A stretch of 64,000 nt of DNA from Actinomycetes bacterium (GCA_023389045.1 JAEWEZ010000014.1:7772-71771), one strand, 5' to 3'; shown: positions 38,271-49,270, numbered from the stretch's first letter. The notes: generated from the letters alone by a model not told the origin. Program-made: numbers and translations.

Positions 38271-38741
38271 TCAGGCCTTCTGGGAGCCCTTGGCGGCGAC
38301 AACCTGGATCAGCAGGTTCGCGAAGACGTCATCGTGCAGACGCACGGTGGCCTTGTGCTCGCCCAGCGCCTTGATGGCGGCGGGGAACTCCACGGCGCGA
38401 CGGTCGATCTGCTTCTCGAAGGTCTTGGCAACGCCCTCGGCCACCTCGGTGGAGGTGACAGCGCCGAACAGGCGGCCGTTCTCCCCGGCGCGCTCGGCGA
38501 TGACGATCGGCTTGGACTCGAGGGTCGCCTTCAGCGCCTGTGCCTCTTCGAGGCTCTCGATCGCACGCTTGCCGCGGGCGGCACGCATCTGGTCGAGCTG
38601 GCGCTGGCCGCCCTTGGTCCACGGGGTCGCGAGACCGCGGGGCAGCAGGTAGTTGCGGGCGTAGCCGTCCTTGACTTCGACGACGTCGCCGGCGGCACCG
38701 AGACGAGAAACCTCATGGGTGAGGATGAGCTTGGTGGTCAT
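38271..38741 (-). CDS. rplI: 50S ribosomal protein L9
   Basis: LGAAGDVVEVKDGYARNYLLPRG, GRLFGAVT. Confidence 0.98.
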   Translation of the reverse strand: MTTKLILTHEVSRLGAAGDVVEVKDGYARNYLLPRGLATPWTKGGQRQLDQMRAARGKRAIESLEEAQALKATLESKPIVIAERAGENGRLFGAVTSTEVAEGVAKTFEKQIDRRAVEFPAAIKALGEHKATVRLHDDVFANLLIQVVAAKGSQKA

Positions 38742-38763
38742 GGTGACTGGTTCCCTTCCTCGC

Positions 38764-39000
38764 TCAGCGACCGGAGGTCGAGTACGGCAGCAGGGCGATC
38801 TCGCGGGCGTTCTTCACGGCCTTCGCGATCTTGCGCTGCTCCTGGACGGTCACGCCGGTGACGCGGCGCGCGCGGATCTTCCCGCGATCGGAGATGAACT
38901 TCCGCAGCAGGGCGGCGTCCTTGTAGTCGACGGTCTCGAGACCCGCCGCCTCCAGCGGGTTCTGCTTCTTCTTCGGCTTACGAAGAACAGGCTTAGCCAT
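38764..39000 (-). CDS. rpsR: 30S ribosomal protein S18 (Cys-free type)
   Basis: [33 protein letters not shown]. Confidence 0.98.
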   Translation of the reverse strand: MAKPVLRKPKKKQNPLEAAGLETVDYKDAALLRKFISDRGKIRARRVTGVTVQEQRKIAKAVKNAREIALLPYSTSGR

Positions 39001-39118
39001 CGTGGTGCTCCTTCTTTCTCAACGGAGCCCGGGCGTGCACCCGGGATGGAATGAATGAATGGTTTGATGCGGCCTTCGCCGCGTGGTGGGGCCGTGGCCC
39101 GTCGGACCGATCCGAGGA

Positions 39119-39694
39119 TCAGAACGGCGGATCGTCGTACCCACCCTGGTTGCCACCGCTGAAACCGCCCTGGTTTCCGCCACCGCCCCACGGATCGTCC
39201 GCGGGCTGCTGGTTGTTGCCGTAACCACCCTGGTTGCCGCCGTAGCTGCCACCCTGGTTGCCGCCGCCGTAGCCTCCCTGGCCACCGCGACCACCCTGGT
39301 TGCCGCCACCGAAACCGCCGCCACCGCCGCGCTGCACCTTATTGGGCTTCGCGGTGGCGTAACGCAGAGAGGGGCCGATCTCGTCGACTTCCATCTCAAT
39401 CACGGTGCGGTTGTTGCCGTCGCGATCGGTGAAGGAACGCTGCTTCAGGCGGCCCTGTGCAATCACGCGGCTGCCCTTTTCGAGGGACTCCGCAACGTTC
39501 TCAGCGGCATCACGCCACAGGGAGCAGCGCATGAACAGCGCATCGCCGTCCTTCCACTCTCCGGCCTGACGGTCGTAAATGCGGGGGGTGGACGCGATCG
39601 TGAACGACGCAACAGCCGCACCGGACTGCGTGAAACGCAGTTCGGGGTCGGCGGTGAGGTTGCCGATAACGGTGATAGTGGTGTCGTTCGCCAT
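39119..39694 (-). CDS. ssb: Single-stranded DNA-binding protein
   Basis: [16 protein letters not shown], Gly-rich linker, DDPW, C-terminal DDPPF. Confidence 0.98.
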   Translation of the reverse strand: MANDTTITVIGNLTADPELRFTQSGAAVASFTIASTPRIYDRQAGEWKDGDALFMRCSLWRDAAENVAESLEKGSRVIAQGRLKQRSFTDRDGNNRTVIEMEVDEIGPSLRYATAKPNKVQRGGGGGFGGGNQGGRGGQGGYGGGNQGGSYGGNQGGYGNNQQPADDPWGGGGNQGGFSGGNQGGYDDPPF

Positions 39695-39839
39695 GGATGC
39701 TCCTGTGGTTGCGGGACTGCTGGTGCTTAGATCACGCGGGGATTCGATGATGTCTCTCATCGTTTCCCGGAGGTCTGACAAACAAGAGCTTCTGCGAGCA
39801 GATGCTCCGGTGAGTCGGTGAGTCAGCGGTGGACCGCGG

Positions 39840-40133
39840 TCACTTCTTGTCGTCGAGGCGCATCAGCTTGGTGCGCAGGACAGACTCGTTCAGGCCGAGC
39901 TGACGATCCAGCTCCTGGGCGATTGCAGACGTCGCGGTGAAGGTCAGGACGATGTAGATGCCCTCAGCCTTCTTGTCGATCTCGTAAGCGAACTTCCGCT
40001 TGCCCCAGACGTCCACCTCGTCGACGGTCCCGCCCTCGGCGGGGATGACCTGGATGAGCTTCTCGAAGGTGCCGCTCACGGTCCGCTCGTCGACGGACGG
40101 ATCGAGGATCACGACCATTTCGTACTTGCGCAT
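39840..40133 (-). CDS. rpsF: 30S ribosomal protein S6
   Basis: [39 protein letters not shown]. Confidence 0.98.
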   Translation of the reverse strand: MRKYEMVVILDPSVDERTVSGTFEKLIQVIPAEGGTVDEVDVWGKRKFAYEIDKKAEGIYIVLTFTATSAIAQELDRQLGLNESVLRTKLMRLDDKK

Positions 40134-40200
40134 GTTCTGGTACCCACCTCCTGTGGTCTTCGCGGCCACGGTCCTTCCGTGGCAGGAGGGTTCATGCCAT
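40134..40200 (-). promoter_or_regulatory. Putative S6:S18 ribosomal leader RNA
   Basis: Minus strand CCCTCCTGCCACGGAAGGACCGTGGCCGCGAAGACCACAGGAGGT: CTCCTG can pair with the CAGGAG RBS around an internal hairpin, at the position where this leader is known. Confidence 0.6.
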
Positions 40201-40361
40201 CCGTTCCGCAGGCCGGTCGGCACACGGCACGGACCGCACCAGCCTACCCCTGCCTCAGACAGGCGGCCAGGGGGCGGTCTGCGCTGGGGGACGGATCACA
40301 ACCCCCGCCCAGTGCGCGGCCCTCGCAGCCAGTGGCCACCCCACTCTTGCCTCAGCAGTGC

Positions 40362-43004
40362 TCAGTTCCCCGGGGGCCTGGTCGGCGCGGGCCGTTCCCC
40401 TCCGCCACGCCCGGAACCATTCCCGGAACCATGCCCGCGGGGCTGATCCGACGGAGCCGGCTTGGTGGGTCGCTCATTGTCGCCCGGATCCTCCGGCGGC
40501 TCCTCCGAAGGGCCTTCCGACGGGGCCGGTTCCGTGCTCGGCTTCGGTTTCTTGCTCTCGGTGGGCTTTTTCGAGGGCTGCTGCGACGGGCTCGGCGATT
40601 CACTGGGCTGCTCGGTGGGCGAGGGCTCGCGCTCGGGGCGTTCGCGATCATTCGAGCTTCCGCGGTCGTCATCGTCGTCACGATCGCGTGTCTTTTTCTC
40701 GTTGTTCAGCCGCACTTCCTCCGGGAAGTCCAGCTTTTCCTGCCCCTCCAGAGCGGGCGCCATGATCGCGCCCCACAGCTCGGTGGGGAAGGTGGCGCCG
40801 GAGATGTACCGCTCGCCACCCCAGGGGGTCAGCGGTTCCTCACCCTTGCCGTCCTTCGTCGGCTGGAACATTCCCACGGCGGTCACGAGCTGCGGGGTGA
40901 AGCCCACGAACCACGCGGAGCGGAAGCTTTCGGAGGTGCCGGTCTTACCGGCCACGGGCCGGCCGTCCATGATTCCGCGCAGTTTTCGAGCCGATCCCTT
41001 GGTGGTCGGTCCCTGCAGTGCCACGGTCGCATTGATCGCCACTTTTTCGTCGATCACGCGCTCGTCTTTGGTTTTGTGCTCGTAGCGCACTTCCCCGTCG
41101 GGGCCGGTGACCTTCTGCACCATGTAGGGCGTGCGACGCACCCCGCCGGTTGCCACGGTCTGGTAGACACCCGCCATTTCCAGCACGGTCGGGGAGGCAC
41201 TGCCGAGCACATTGGTGGCATCGTCATTCAGACCCGGGGTTTTTTCGGGCAGGCCGAGCTTCACGGCGGTTTCGCGGGTGCGCTGAGGCCCAATCTCCAG
41301 GTTCATCTCCACGAAGGCCGTATTGATCGAGTTCGTGGTCGCCTTTTCGATGTCCACGCGGCCATAGGAGATGTCATTGAAGTTTTTGATCTTGAGGTTG
41401 CCGCGGAACTTCTTGGGCGAGTTTCCATCCCAGCGCGAGTGCAGCGACTGCCCGTCTTCCAGCGCCGCGATCAGCGTGAAGGTCTTAAAGATCGAGCCGG
41501 CCTGCATACGCGACTGGGTGGCGTCGTTGCGCGGCTGGTGCACATAGTCGGGGCCGCCATACATGGCCCGGATCGCGCCCGATGAGGGATCCAGGGTCAC
41601 GGTGCCGATGGCATTGCGTTCGGGGCGTTGACCGAGGCCGGCAACGGCTTCCACCGTCGTGCCCTGCAGACGCCGATCGATCGTGGAGATCACGGTGAAA
41701 CCACCGGTATCGATCTGCTCTTCGGTCAAGCCCTGGCGTTCCAGCTCGCGGTGAATGTACTTGAGCAGGTAGCCATTGGTTCCGCCGTAGACGTTCTTAC
41801 GGCGCGGCTCGATCGTCTCAGGGAACTGCATAGCCTCGGCCTCATCGCGGGTGAGGCTTGCGGTTTCGTTCACCTGGCGGGAGATCACGCGGTCCCACAG
41901 GCGTGTGGCTTTCTGCGGGTTCTTCGCGGGGTCGTAGGCGGAGGGCGCCGGGATCACCGCCACCAGAAGCGCGGCTTCTTCGTCGGTGAGGTCCTTTGCG
42001 TCTTTCCCGAAGTACGCCTTGGCAGCTTCCTGCACGCCGTAGGCGCCGCGGCCGAAGTAGATCGTGTTGAGGTATCGGGTGAGGATCTCGTCCTTGGAGA
42101 GTTCCTGGTCGATCTTCAGCGCCATCACCATTTCCTTCACCTTCCCCCAGTAGGAGGTGTTAGTGCCGGTGTGGTAGCGCTCCACGTACTGCTGCGTGAT
42201 GGTCGAGGCACCCTGTCGGGCACCACCGCGGATGTTATTGATCAGGGCTCGCACAATGCCCTTCGGGGAGATGCCACGGTTTTCGTAGAAGGTGGAGTCT
42301 TCACTGGCCACCACGGCATCTTTAATGTTTTGGGGGATCTGCTCAGAGGGCAGGATGGTGCGGTTGTAATCCGAGAAGGAGCCCATCTCGGTTTTGCCAT
42401 CCGCAAAGTAGACGCGGGTGGTTTGGGCGGTGGCCACCGCGGATTCCTCGGGAACGTCGGTGGAGGCGTACAGCCAGAAGGAGAATCCAACTCCCGCCAG
42501 AATCATTAGCGCGCAGGCGGTGGCGAGCAGACGGAAGGAGGGCAGCCAGCGCCACAGCCCTTTTTTCCCGGCGCGCGGGTAATTGAGCATGTTGGTCGCG
42601 GCGACTTTTTTCCCGGCCGCGCTTTTTCCTCCGGCGGCCATGACGCGGGTCTGCACCGCATGGCGCGAGTTCGCGCTGAGGTGGGTGGTATCCCGCACGA
42701 CGCGCCGGGTGGATTTCCCCGTGGGTTTCCCCGTGGATTCCGCGCCCGAAGCGGCAGCACCGGAGCGGGCTGCGCTGCGGGGACTCGGCTGGGCACCCTT
42801 CTGCTGCGAGCGGCCGGCTCCAGCCCCGCCGGTACGGGCGGTGCGGCTGGTTCCCTTCACCTCACCGTCGCCCGACGCCTTGGAGGATCGACGTTTCGGG
42901 GTCGATCCCATCGATCCATTCGCCGCGCGGCGCACACCGCTGGCGCGACGACGCCCCCCGCCGGAGGACGGGGTCGAGCGGGAAGAGCCTCGGGAATCGC
43001 TCAC
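40362..43004 (-). CDS. ponA: Class A penicillin-binding protein (transglycosylase/transpeptidase)
   Basis: EDSTFYENRG, GASTITQQY, YLNTIYFGRGAYG; SIFK, SIN and KTGT motifs; TM after a long basic N-terminus. Confidence 0.93.
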   Translation of the reverse strand: MSDSRGSSRSTPSSGGGRRRASGVRRAANGSMGSTPKRRSSKASGDGEVKGTSRTARTGGAGAGRSQQKGAQPSPRSAARSGAAASGAESTGKPTGKSTRRVVRDTTHLSANSRHAVQTRVMAAGGKSAAGKKVAATNMLNYPRAGKKGLWRWLPSFRLLATACALMILAGVGFSFWLYASTDVPEESAVATAQTTRVYFADGKTEMGSFSDYNRTILPSEQIPQNIKDAVVASEDSTFYENRGISPKGIVRALINNIRGGARQGASTITQQYVERYHTGTNTSYWGKVKEMVMALKIDQELSKDEILTRYLNTIYFGRGAYGVQEAAKAYFGKDAKDLTDEEAALLVAVIPAPSAYDPAKNPQKATRLWDRVISRQVNETASLTRDEAEAMQFPETIEPRRKNVYGGTNGYLLKYIHRELERQGLTEEQIDTGGFTVISTIDRRLQGTTVEAVAGLGQRPERNAIGTVTLDPSSGAIRAMYGGPDYVHQPRNDATQSRMQAGSIFKTFTLIAALEDGQSLHSRWDGNSPKKFRGNLKIKNFNDISYGRVDIEKATTNSINTAFVEMNLEIGPQRTRETAVKLGLPEKTPGLNDDATNVLGSASPTVLEMAGVYQTVATGGVRRTPYMVQKVTGPDGEVRYEHKTKDERVIDEKVAINATVALQGPTTKGSARKLRGIMDGRPVAGKTGTSESFRSAWFVGFTPQLVTAVGMFQPTKDGKGEEPLTPWGGERYISGATFPTELWGAIMAPALEGQEKLDFPEEVRLNNEKKTRDRDDDDDRGSSNDRERPEREPSPTEQPSESPSPSQQPSKKPTESKKPKPSTEPAPSEGPSEEPPEDPGDNERPTKPAPSDQPRGHGSGNGSGRGGGERPAPTRPPGN

Positions 43005-43226
43005 GGATGCTCCAAATCTGCCGGGGGCACGGACGGATCCTGCACATGGGGAATACGGGACCCGGTTTTCCAGTATGCGCAGCCAGGCACGGCGCAGGGA
43101 ACGGCCCCTTGGTCACTCTCACACCGTGCACACGGGACCTTCGCATTCCCTGTGACGCGCTGATCAGTGTGTTGTCCGCGCGTGGGGCCGACGGGGCCGC
43201 GTATTCCTGCTGCCCAACCTCACTGC

Positions 43227-44756
43227 TCAGCCCTGCTGCTCAGCCCACCAGGCGCGTAGCTCCTCCTCGGCACGCTCCGGCCCAAGCGGTCCACGCTCCA
43301 TGCGCAGCTCCAGCAGATGCTTGTAGGCCATACCCACCTCACGCCCCGGCGCCAGGCCCAGGATCTCCATAATCTGGTTCCCGTCCAGGTCAGGGCGGAT
43401 CTTGCCGATTTCTTCCTGCTCGGCGAGCTGCGCGATTCGACGTTCCAACTCGTCGTAAGCCGTCGCGAGGCGGCGGGCCTTACGACGGTTGCCGGTGGTC
43501 ACATCGGCGCGGCTAAGGCGATGCAGATGTTCGAGCAGATCGCCGGCATCGGCCACATACCGTCGGACCCCCGCATCCGACCACGGCGCCTCCGCGTACC
43601 CGTGGAAGCGCATATGCAGCTCCACCAGGCGCGCCACCTTCTTCGTGGTGTCCTTATCGAAGGTGAGGGCCTTCATGCGCTTCACCGTCATCTTCGCCCC
43701 CACGGTTTCGTGGAAACGGAAGGTGACCACCCCGCCCGGCTCGAAGCGTCGAGTGGCGGGCTTGCCGATGTCGTGCAGGAGGGCAGCGAGGCGCAGCACC
43801 AGGTCCGGGGCTTCGCAGGGGCCACCGGAGCCGGCCGGGCTCTCCAGGTCAATCGCCTGCTCCATGACCGTCAGGGAGTGTTCGAAAACGTCCTTATGGC
43901 GGTGGTGCTCGTCGATCGTGAGTTTCAGGGCCGGCAGTTCGGGCAGCACATGCTCGGCAAGCCCCAGGTCGGTCATGAGTTCCAGGGCCCGACGGGGATG
44001 CGCCCCAAGGATCAGGCGGGTCAGTTCCTCCCGCACACGCTCCGCCGAGACGATGGTGATCCTCTCGGCGAGCGCTTCAACGGCCGCAGCGGTTTTGTCT
44101 TCCAGGTCGAAACCGAGCTGAGAGACGAACCGCACGGCGCGCATCATGCGCAGCGGATCATCGTCAAAGGACTGTTCAGGGGCGACGGGGGTGCGCAGAA
44201 CCTGTGTGGCGAGGTCTTCGAGGCCGTTGAAGGGGTCCACGAGTTCCAGGGAGGGCAGACGCACCGCCATCGCATTGACGGTGAAGTCCCGACGGGAGAG
44301 GTCCCCGTGGAGGGTGTCACCGTAGACCACCCGAGGTTTGCGGCTGGAGGGATCGTAGGACTCGGTGCGGTAGGTGGTGATTTCGACCTTCACGCCGTTG
44401 CGTACCCCGCCGAGGGTTCCGAACTCGCGGCCCATATCCCAGATCGCGCCGTCCTTGGTCCAGGTGCGCAGGATCTCTTCGGTCTGTTCGGGGCGGGCGG
44501 AGGTGGTGAAGTCGAGGTCGGCGCTGGAGCGCCCGAGGACGGCGTCTCGTACGGGGCCGCCCACCAGGGCGAGTTCGTGTCCGGCCGCATCGAAGCGGCG
44601 GCCGAGGTCGTGGATTTCCTCCGAGAGGGCGTGGAACATGGAGGCGGCGCGGGTGCGCGCCACGGCCAGGCGCTGCTGGGCGTCGGTCGGGTCGCTCGCA
44701 GATGCTCCCTCGGCAGTGGGATCGACGACCTCGGGGTTGGGGGTGGAGAAGGTCAC
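43227..44756 (-). CDS. cca: CCA tRNA nucleotidyltransferase (poly(A) polymerase family, HD domain)
   Basis: LVGGPVRD, DLDFTT, DLSRRDFTVNAMA, DDPLRMMR, LLHDIGKP; start approximate. Confidence 0.93.
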   Translation of the reverse strand: MTFSTPNPEVVDPTAEGASASDPTDAQQRLAVARTRAASMFHALSEEIHDLGRRFDAAGHELALVGGPVRDAVLGRSSADLDFTTSARPEQTEEILRTWTKDGAIWDMGREFGTLGGVRNGVKVEITTYRTESYDPSSRKPRVVYGDTLHGDLSRRDFTVNAMAVRLPSLELVDPFNGLEDLATQVLRTPVAPEQSFDDDPLRMMRAVRFVSQLGFDLEDKTAAAVEALAERITIVSAERVREELTRLILGAHPRRALELMTDLGLAEHVLPELPALKLTIDEHHRHKDVFEHSLTVMEQAIDLESPAGSGGPCEAPDLVLRLAALLHDIGKPATRRFEPGGVVTFRFHETVGAKMTVKRMKALTFDKDTTKKVARLVELHMRFHGYAEAPWSDAGVRRYVADAGDLLEHLHRLSRADVTTGNRRKARRLATAYDELERRIAQLAEQEEIGKIRPDLDGNQIMEILGLAPGREVGMAYKHLLELRMERGPLGPERAEEELRAWWAEQQG

Positions 44757-44906
44757 GTGGGGTCCTGTCCAGCTCGTGAAATCCAGCGGTTGTCCAGCAG
44801 GAGCGCGGGTGCCGTCGGGCATAACGGGCCGCAGGGCGTGCAATATGGCGACGGGCACGCCGCCGACCTGTACGGTATAACCGTAGCGGCCGCCTACAGT
44901 GGCACC

Positions 44907-47522
44907 ATGCCGGTGACCCTGAGGCCCCTGCGCGCTGCAGCTGCGGCGGTGCCTGTTCTGCTGCTTGCGCTTGCGCAGCTGCTGCTGGGTGCTGCGCTGC
45001 CACCGAATGCTTACTCCCTTCCCACGCCCGAGGGACCCCACGCCACGGGCCTTAGCGTTACCGCAGGTCAACCCTTCATTTCAGGAGACCGCATCGGGGC
45101 CGAGAAAGCCGTCGGACCCTCCCTCACCGCCCCGGCCGCACCCGCCAAGCCCCGCCCCGGTCAAGCCCCGCCGATGGACCTGATCTCCATCACCCCGGTC
45201 GCGCTGACCCCCGGGGACACCCTCCAGGTGACGGTGAAGGTGACCAATACCTCCTCGCAGCCGCTCCCGGCACTCGTGCTCGAGCTCCGCACCCGCACCT
45301 CCCGGGTCACCGAACGCCACACCGTGAAGGGCTGGCGAGCGCAGACTCAGCCGGATCGGCACGGAGCGCCGGTGGCCACGAGTACGCCGGCACCCACTCT
45401 TGCACCGGGCGCCTCCGCACGCATGGCTGTCAGTGTTCCCGCTGATCAGCTGGGATATTCGACGGAGCCATACCTGTGGGGCACACGCCGCATCTCCATC
45501 ACTCTCGCCTCCGAAGGCCAGGCTCTTCATTCCCTGCGGACCTTTGTGGTCTGGCATCCGCAGGGGGTCACCCAGAAGATCCGTAGTTCCGTGCTCCTGC
45601 CCATCGCGGCACCGGATCCAGGGGCGGTGCTGTCGGATCGAAACGGTTTTGCCGAATCGGTGCGCTCGGGGCAGCTTGCGCAGTTGAAAACTGTCGCTCA
45701 GCGCCCGGATGTGGACTGGTGGCTTGATCCGTCCCTGCTGGATCCGCCACTGGTGGAGGCACCGGCCGACGGGACACCTGCTCCCGAGCAGCCGAACCCC
45801 TCCTCCCCACCGGCTGAACAGCCGACGGACCAAGCAACGGAACCAGCCGCAGACCCGTCGGCCTCCGCCCCGACCACAGACCCGAGCGCCGACCCCAGCG
45901 GCACCCCGAGTGCGGACCCCAGCAGTTCGCCCTCTGCGAGCCCTGCCCCAACGGACGATCCGAGCGTGGCCCCGCGGATGGTGCCGGACCCCGTGGCCGC
46001 CTCCTTTGCGCGTGAACTCAGCGAAGCGGTGGGTCAGCGCACCGTGATCGCTACCCCCTATGCCCGCGCAGACCTGGTCTCCCTGCAGGCAGCAAAACGC
46101 ACCGACCTGGCCGCACGCGCGCAGTCCGCCTCGCAGAAGGTCTGGAAACCCACGGGGATCACCCCACGCGCCACCGCCCTACAGGTCACCGGGCCGGAGG
46201 CTGATGCACGCGCCCTGCAGAGCGCCGCAGCCACGAGCGCCAATGCACTCGTCGTGCCCTCAAGCTCCCTGGTGCGTAACCTCGACAGCACCGTGACCCC
46301 AAGCTCAACCGCGCTGCTCACCAGCGGGAAAAAGCGCATTCCCGTGCTCGCCCCCGACCCGGAACTCTCTCACCGCTTCACCGAACTCTCCACCGGCCAG
46401 GACCCCGAGCTCACCGCACAAGAACTTCTTGCGCTCACCGCAACGATCGCCTCCGAGCACCGCTCCACCCCTCGCCACCTGCTCATCTCGCCTGAGCTCG
46501 GCACACAGGTCAACGCCGACACCGTCAATGCCACCCTCGATGCTTTCGCAAAGGCCCCCTGGATCCAGCACGCCCCCACCGCCGCGCTCTTAGACGCCGC
46601 TGAGCAGGGCCACTGGAGCACCCGAATCTCGGAGGGGTCCGCTCAGCCCTACGCGATCGGAGAGATCACGGCAGAGCGTGCCCATCCCTCTCGGATCGAC
46701 GGCGCCGGGAATGCCGAACACCTGGATCGGGCCAAGGCGCCTGCGCTGCTGCCCTCACAAAACCTCGATGCCATCGAGGCGACCACCCAAGACCTCGATG
46801 CCCTGCGCTCCGCAATGGCCGAGGACTCCGCCCTCGCTACGCCCCAGCGGCATCTGCTGGTGGCAACCTCCCGTCAATGGCGGGGCCGACCCGAGGCGAT
46901 GAATGCGCACCAGAAGGCAGCTGCCCAGGCTGCACATGAACTCCACGAGGCCATCAGGGTGGTGCCAGCCTCCGGATACAACCTGATCGCCGACTCCGCC
47001 GGGGTGCCGATCACTGTCGAGAATCATCTCGACACTGCAGTAACGGTCACTCCCGTGGTTTCCAGTTCCCGGCCAATCGTGCACGTATCCCCGCTGAAAC
47101 CGCTCACCGTTCCCCCGCAGGGGAAGGTTGATTTGACGGTGCCGGTTGAGGCGATCGCCGCCGGCACGGTGGAACTCTCCATGCATGTGAAGGGGCCCGA
47201 CGGGGCGGTGCTGAGCGGCCCCGTGCAGGCACCGCTGACGGTGAATCCCGCATGGGAGAACTGGACGACGTTGGTCATCGTGGTCCTGATGACCCTGCTG
47301 GTGCTGGTTGGTGTGATGCGCGCCCGACGGGTGGGGTCGGACACTCGTGCGCCCGGTGTGAAACTTCCCGAAGATCCTGTGGAGCTAGCCCGCTCTGGGC
47401 GGTCTCTGCCGGTAGCGTGCCCTGATGCCGATGATTCCTCGGATCCCGCTGCCCCTCAGCACGGCAGCGACCCGAGCCCCACGGCTGCCCCTGATGTACC
47501 GGCCCGAAAGGACCCTTCATGA
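44907..47522 (+). CDS. DUF6049-like secreted/membrane-anchored protein
   Basis: Signal peptide, Ig-like VTVKVTN, DPSLL, PYARAD, VPITVEN, C-terminal TM; conserved position before murJ; TACAGT-N6-ATG start. Confidence 0.75.
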   Translation: MPVTLRPLRAAAAAVPVLLLALAQLLLGAALPPNAYSLPTPEGPHATGLSVTAGQPFISGDRIGAEKAVGPSLTAPAAPAKPRPGQAPPMDLISITPVALTPGDTLQVTVKVTNTSSQPLPALVLELRTRTSRVTERHTVKGWRAQTQPDRHGAPVATSTPAPTLAPGASARMAVSVPADQLGYSTEPYLWGTRRISITLASEGQALHSLRTFVVWHPQGVTQKIRSSVLLPIAAPDPGAVLSDRNGFAESVRSGQLAQLKTVAQRPDVDWWLDPSLLDPPLVEAPADGTPAPEQPNPSSPPAEQPTDQATEPAADPSASAPTTDPSADPSGTPSADPSSSPSASPAPTDDPSVAPRMVPDPVAASFARELSEAVGQRTVIATPYARADLVSLQAAKRTDLAARAQSASQKVWKPTGITPRATALQVTGPEADARALQSAAATSANALVVPSSSLVRNLDSTVTPSSTALLTSGKKRIPVLAPDPELSHRFTELSTGQDPELTAQELLALTATIASEHRSTPRHLLISPELGTQVNADTVNATLDAFAKAPWIQHAPTAALLDAAEQGHWSTRISEGSAQPYAIGEITAERAHPSRIDGAGNAEHLDRAKAPALLPSQNLDAIEATTQDLDALRSAMAEDSALATPQRHLLVATSRQWRGRPEAMNAHQKAAAQAAHELHEAIRVVPASGYNLIADSAGVPITVENHLDTAVTVTPVVSSSRPIVHVSPLKPLTVPPQGKVDLTVPVEAIAAGTVELSMHVKGPDGAVLSGPVQAPLTVNPAWENWTTLVIVVLMTLLVLVGVMRARRVGSDTRAPGVKLPEDPVELARSGRSLPVACPDADDSSDPAAPQHGSDPSPTAAPDVPARKDPS

Positions 47523-49270
47523 CTACGGAGCTTCGTGTGCGGCATGTGCCACGCCACCGCCGCCCGGGGCTTCCCCGTCGGCACGGTTCCGGGCGTGCAG
47601 GAGTGCTGCGCAATAGCGCCGTGATGGCTTTCGCCTCGGTGATTTCCCGCCTTCTGGGTTTTGTACGGAACTTCCTGTTCGGTTCAATCCTGGCCGGCTC
47701 CATGTCGGCTGCTGCCAACGCCTACAGCGCGGCGAATACCCTGCCCAACACGATCTGGGTACTCGTCGGTGGCGGCACACTCAACGCGATCCTGGTGCCC
47801 GCCATCGTGCGGGCAATCAAAGCGAAAGATCACGGCAGCGACTACATCTCACGCCTCATGACGCTGGTTGCCCTCGCCGGCGCTGTGCTGGTCGTGGCCT
47901 GCATGATTGCGGTTCCGGCTCTGATTCTGCTGACCAGCGGTGTGCTCCCACCCGCCACCTACGCTCTGGCCGTGCAGATGGGGCTTTGGATGGTCCCGCA
48001 GATCTTCTTCTTCGCGATGTACGTGATGTGCGGGCAGCTTCTGAACGCCCACGAGTCGTTCGGTCCCTTCCAGTGGGCGCCGGCGCTGAACAACCTCGTC
48101 GCGATCCTTGGAGCCGGTATCTTCCTCGGGATCTGGGGAACCAACGGTCTGCCTTCCCAGTGGACCCCCACGATGGTCCTCGCCCTGGCCGCCATCAACC
48201 TCTTGGGCTCCATCGCCCAGGTTCTCTTCCTTCTCTACTACGTGCGTTTGCTCGGGCTGAACCTGCGCCCGAAGTGGGGCTTCCGTGGGCTTGGCCTGGG
48301 CAAACTGTCGCGCCTGGGCATGTGGACCCTCGGCATGCTCGTACTCGGGCAGATCGGCCTGTGGGCTACCCGCTGGTCCACCGGTGGTGCGGTGAAAATG
48401 GCGGAGCATTACCGCGATCAGCCGGAGCTTGCCGCGCAGTACCCCGGTCTGCTGACGATCGAATGGGCCTTCCTGGCTTTCATGATTCCGCAGGGGATCA
48501 TCGCGGTCTCGCTCGTCACCGCCGTTTTCCCGGGGATTTCGAGTGCCGCGGCCGACGGGAAACACGATCGGGCTCTACTCCGCTACGCCGAAACCAATCG
48601 CCTGCTCGCGGTGCCGATGGTGCTGTGCACCGTTGTTTTTATGGCGCTTGCGGCGCCGATTATGTGGGTTATCGGTGGCGGCACCGGGCGCACCGCCGCT
48701 GAAGCCAATGGCACGGTGCTGGTCGCCTACATGCTCGGCCTCGTGCCCTTCTCCGCCCTCTACCTGATTAAGCGGGTGTTCTACTCCTATGAGGATGCGC
48801 GCACTCCGTTCATGATGCAGATCCCGATCATGCTGCTGCATTTAGCGGCGCTACCGGTGGTCTTGTTCTGGGTGGATCCGCGCTGGGCGACGGCCGCTGC
48901 AGCCGGTGCCGGCTCCCTATCGAATGTCGTTGCCTGGCTGATGGGGCTGTATATGTTGCGTCGGCATGCGCATAGCCTGGGTGCCCATCTCCCTCCGGCA
49001 CGTGGAACCATCATCATGTTCACCAAGCTCAGCCTCATGGGAGCGGCAACCTGGGGTCTCGGTGTCCTCGCCGTATACCTGCTGGGCGATCTGTTCTGGG
49101 TGCACCGTCTGGTCGCGATCCTGCTGGGTGCAGTGGTGGGCGGCCTCATGACCGCCGTTTTCCTGGGCCTGGGATGGGTGGCACGGATCGATGAGTTGCA
49201 GGAGCTAGTGCGGATGGCACGCCGCCCTCTTCGCAAGCTCACCCGCCGCGGTGCCAGGAGCACTGCGTAG
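47519..49270 (+). CDS. murJ: Lipid II flippase MurJ (MviN)
   Basis: SRLLGFVR, ANTLPN, GGTLNAILVP, PQIFFF, WAPALNN, FYSYEDARTP. Confidence 0.95.
   Translation: MTTELRVRHVPRHRRPGLPRRHGSGRAGVLRNSAVMAFASVISRLLGFVRNFLFGSILAGSMSAAANAYSAANTLPNTIWVLVGGGTLNAILVPAIVRAIKAKDHGSDYISRLMTLVALAGAVLVVACMIAVPALILLTSGVLPPATYALAVQMGLWMVPQIFFFAMYVMCGQLLNAHESFGPFQWAPALNNLVAILGAGIFLGIWGTNGLPSQWTPTMVLALAAINLLGSIAQVLFLLYYVRLLGLNLRPKWGFRGLGLGKLSRLGMWTLGMLVLGQIGLWATRWSTGGAVKMAEHYRDQPELAAQYPGLLTIEWAFLAFMIPQGIIAVSLVTAVFPGISSAAADGKHDRALLRYAETNRLLAVPMVLCTVVFMALAAPIMWVIGGGTGRTAAEANGTVLVAYMLGLVPFSALYLIKRVFYSYEDARTPFMMQIPIMLLHLAALPVVLFWVDPRWATAAAAGAGSLSNVVAWLMGLYMLRRHAHSLGAHLPPARGTIIMFTKLSLMGAATWGLGVLAVYLLGDLFWVHRLVAILLGAVVGGLMTAVFLGLGWVARIDELQELVRMARRPLRKLTRRGARSTA

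Noticed and set aside
44837..44848. GTGCAATATG core-like match upstream of cca
   Set aside because: It lacks both outer arms and the hairpin, so it is more likely promoter sequence or chance.
43317..44906. N-terminal 530 aa of the 1401-aa ORF
   Set aside because: Antisense to cca; the real gene starts at 44907 with a signal peptide.
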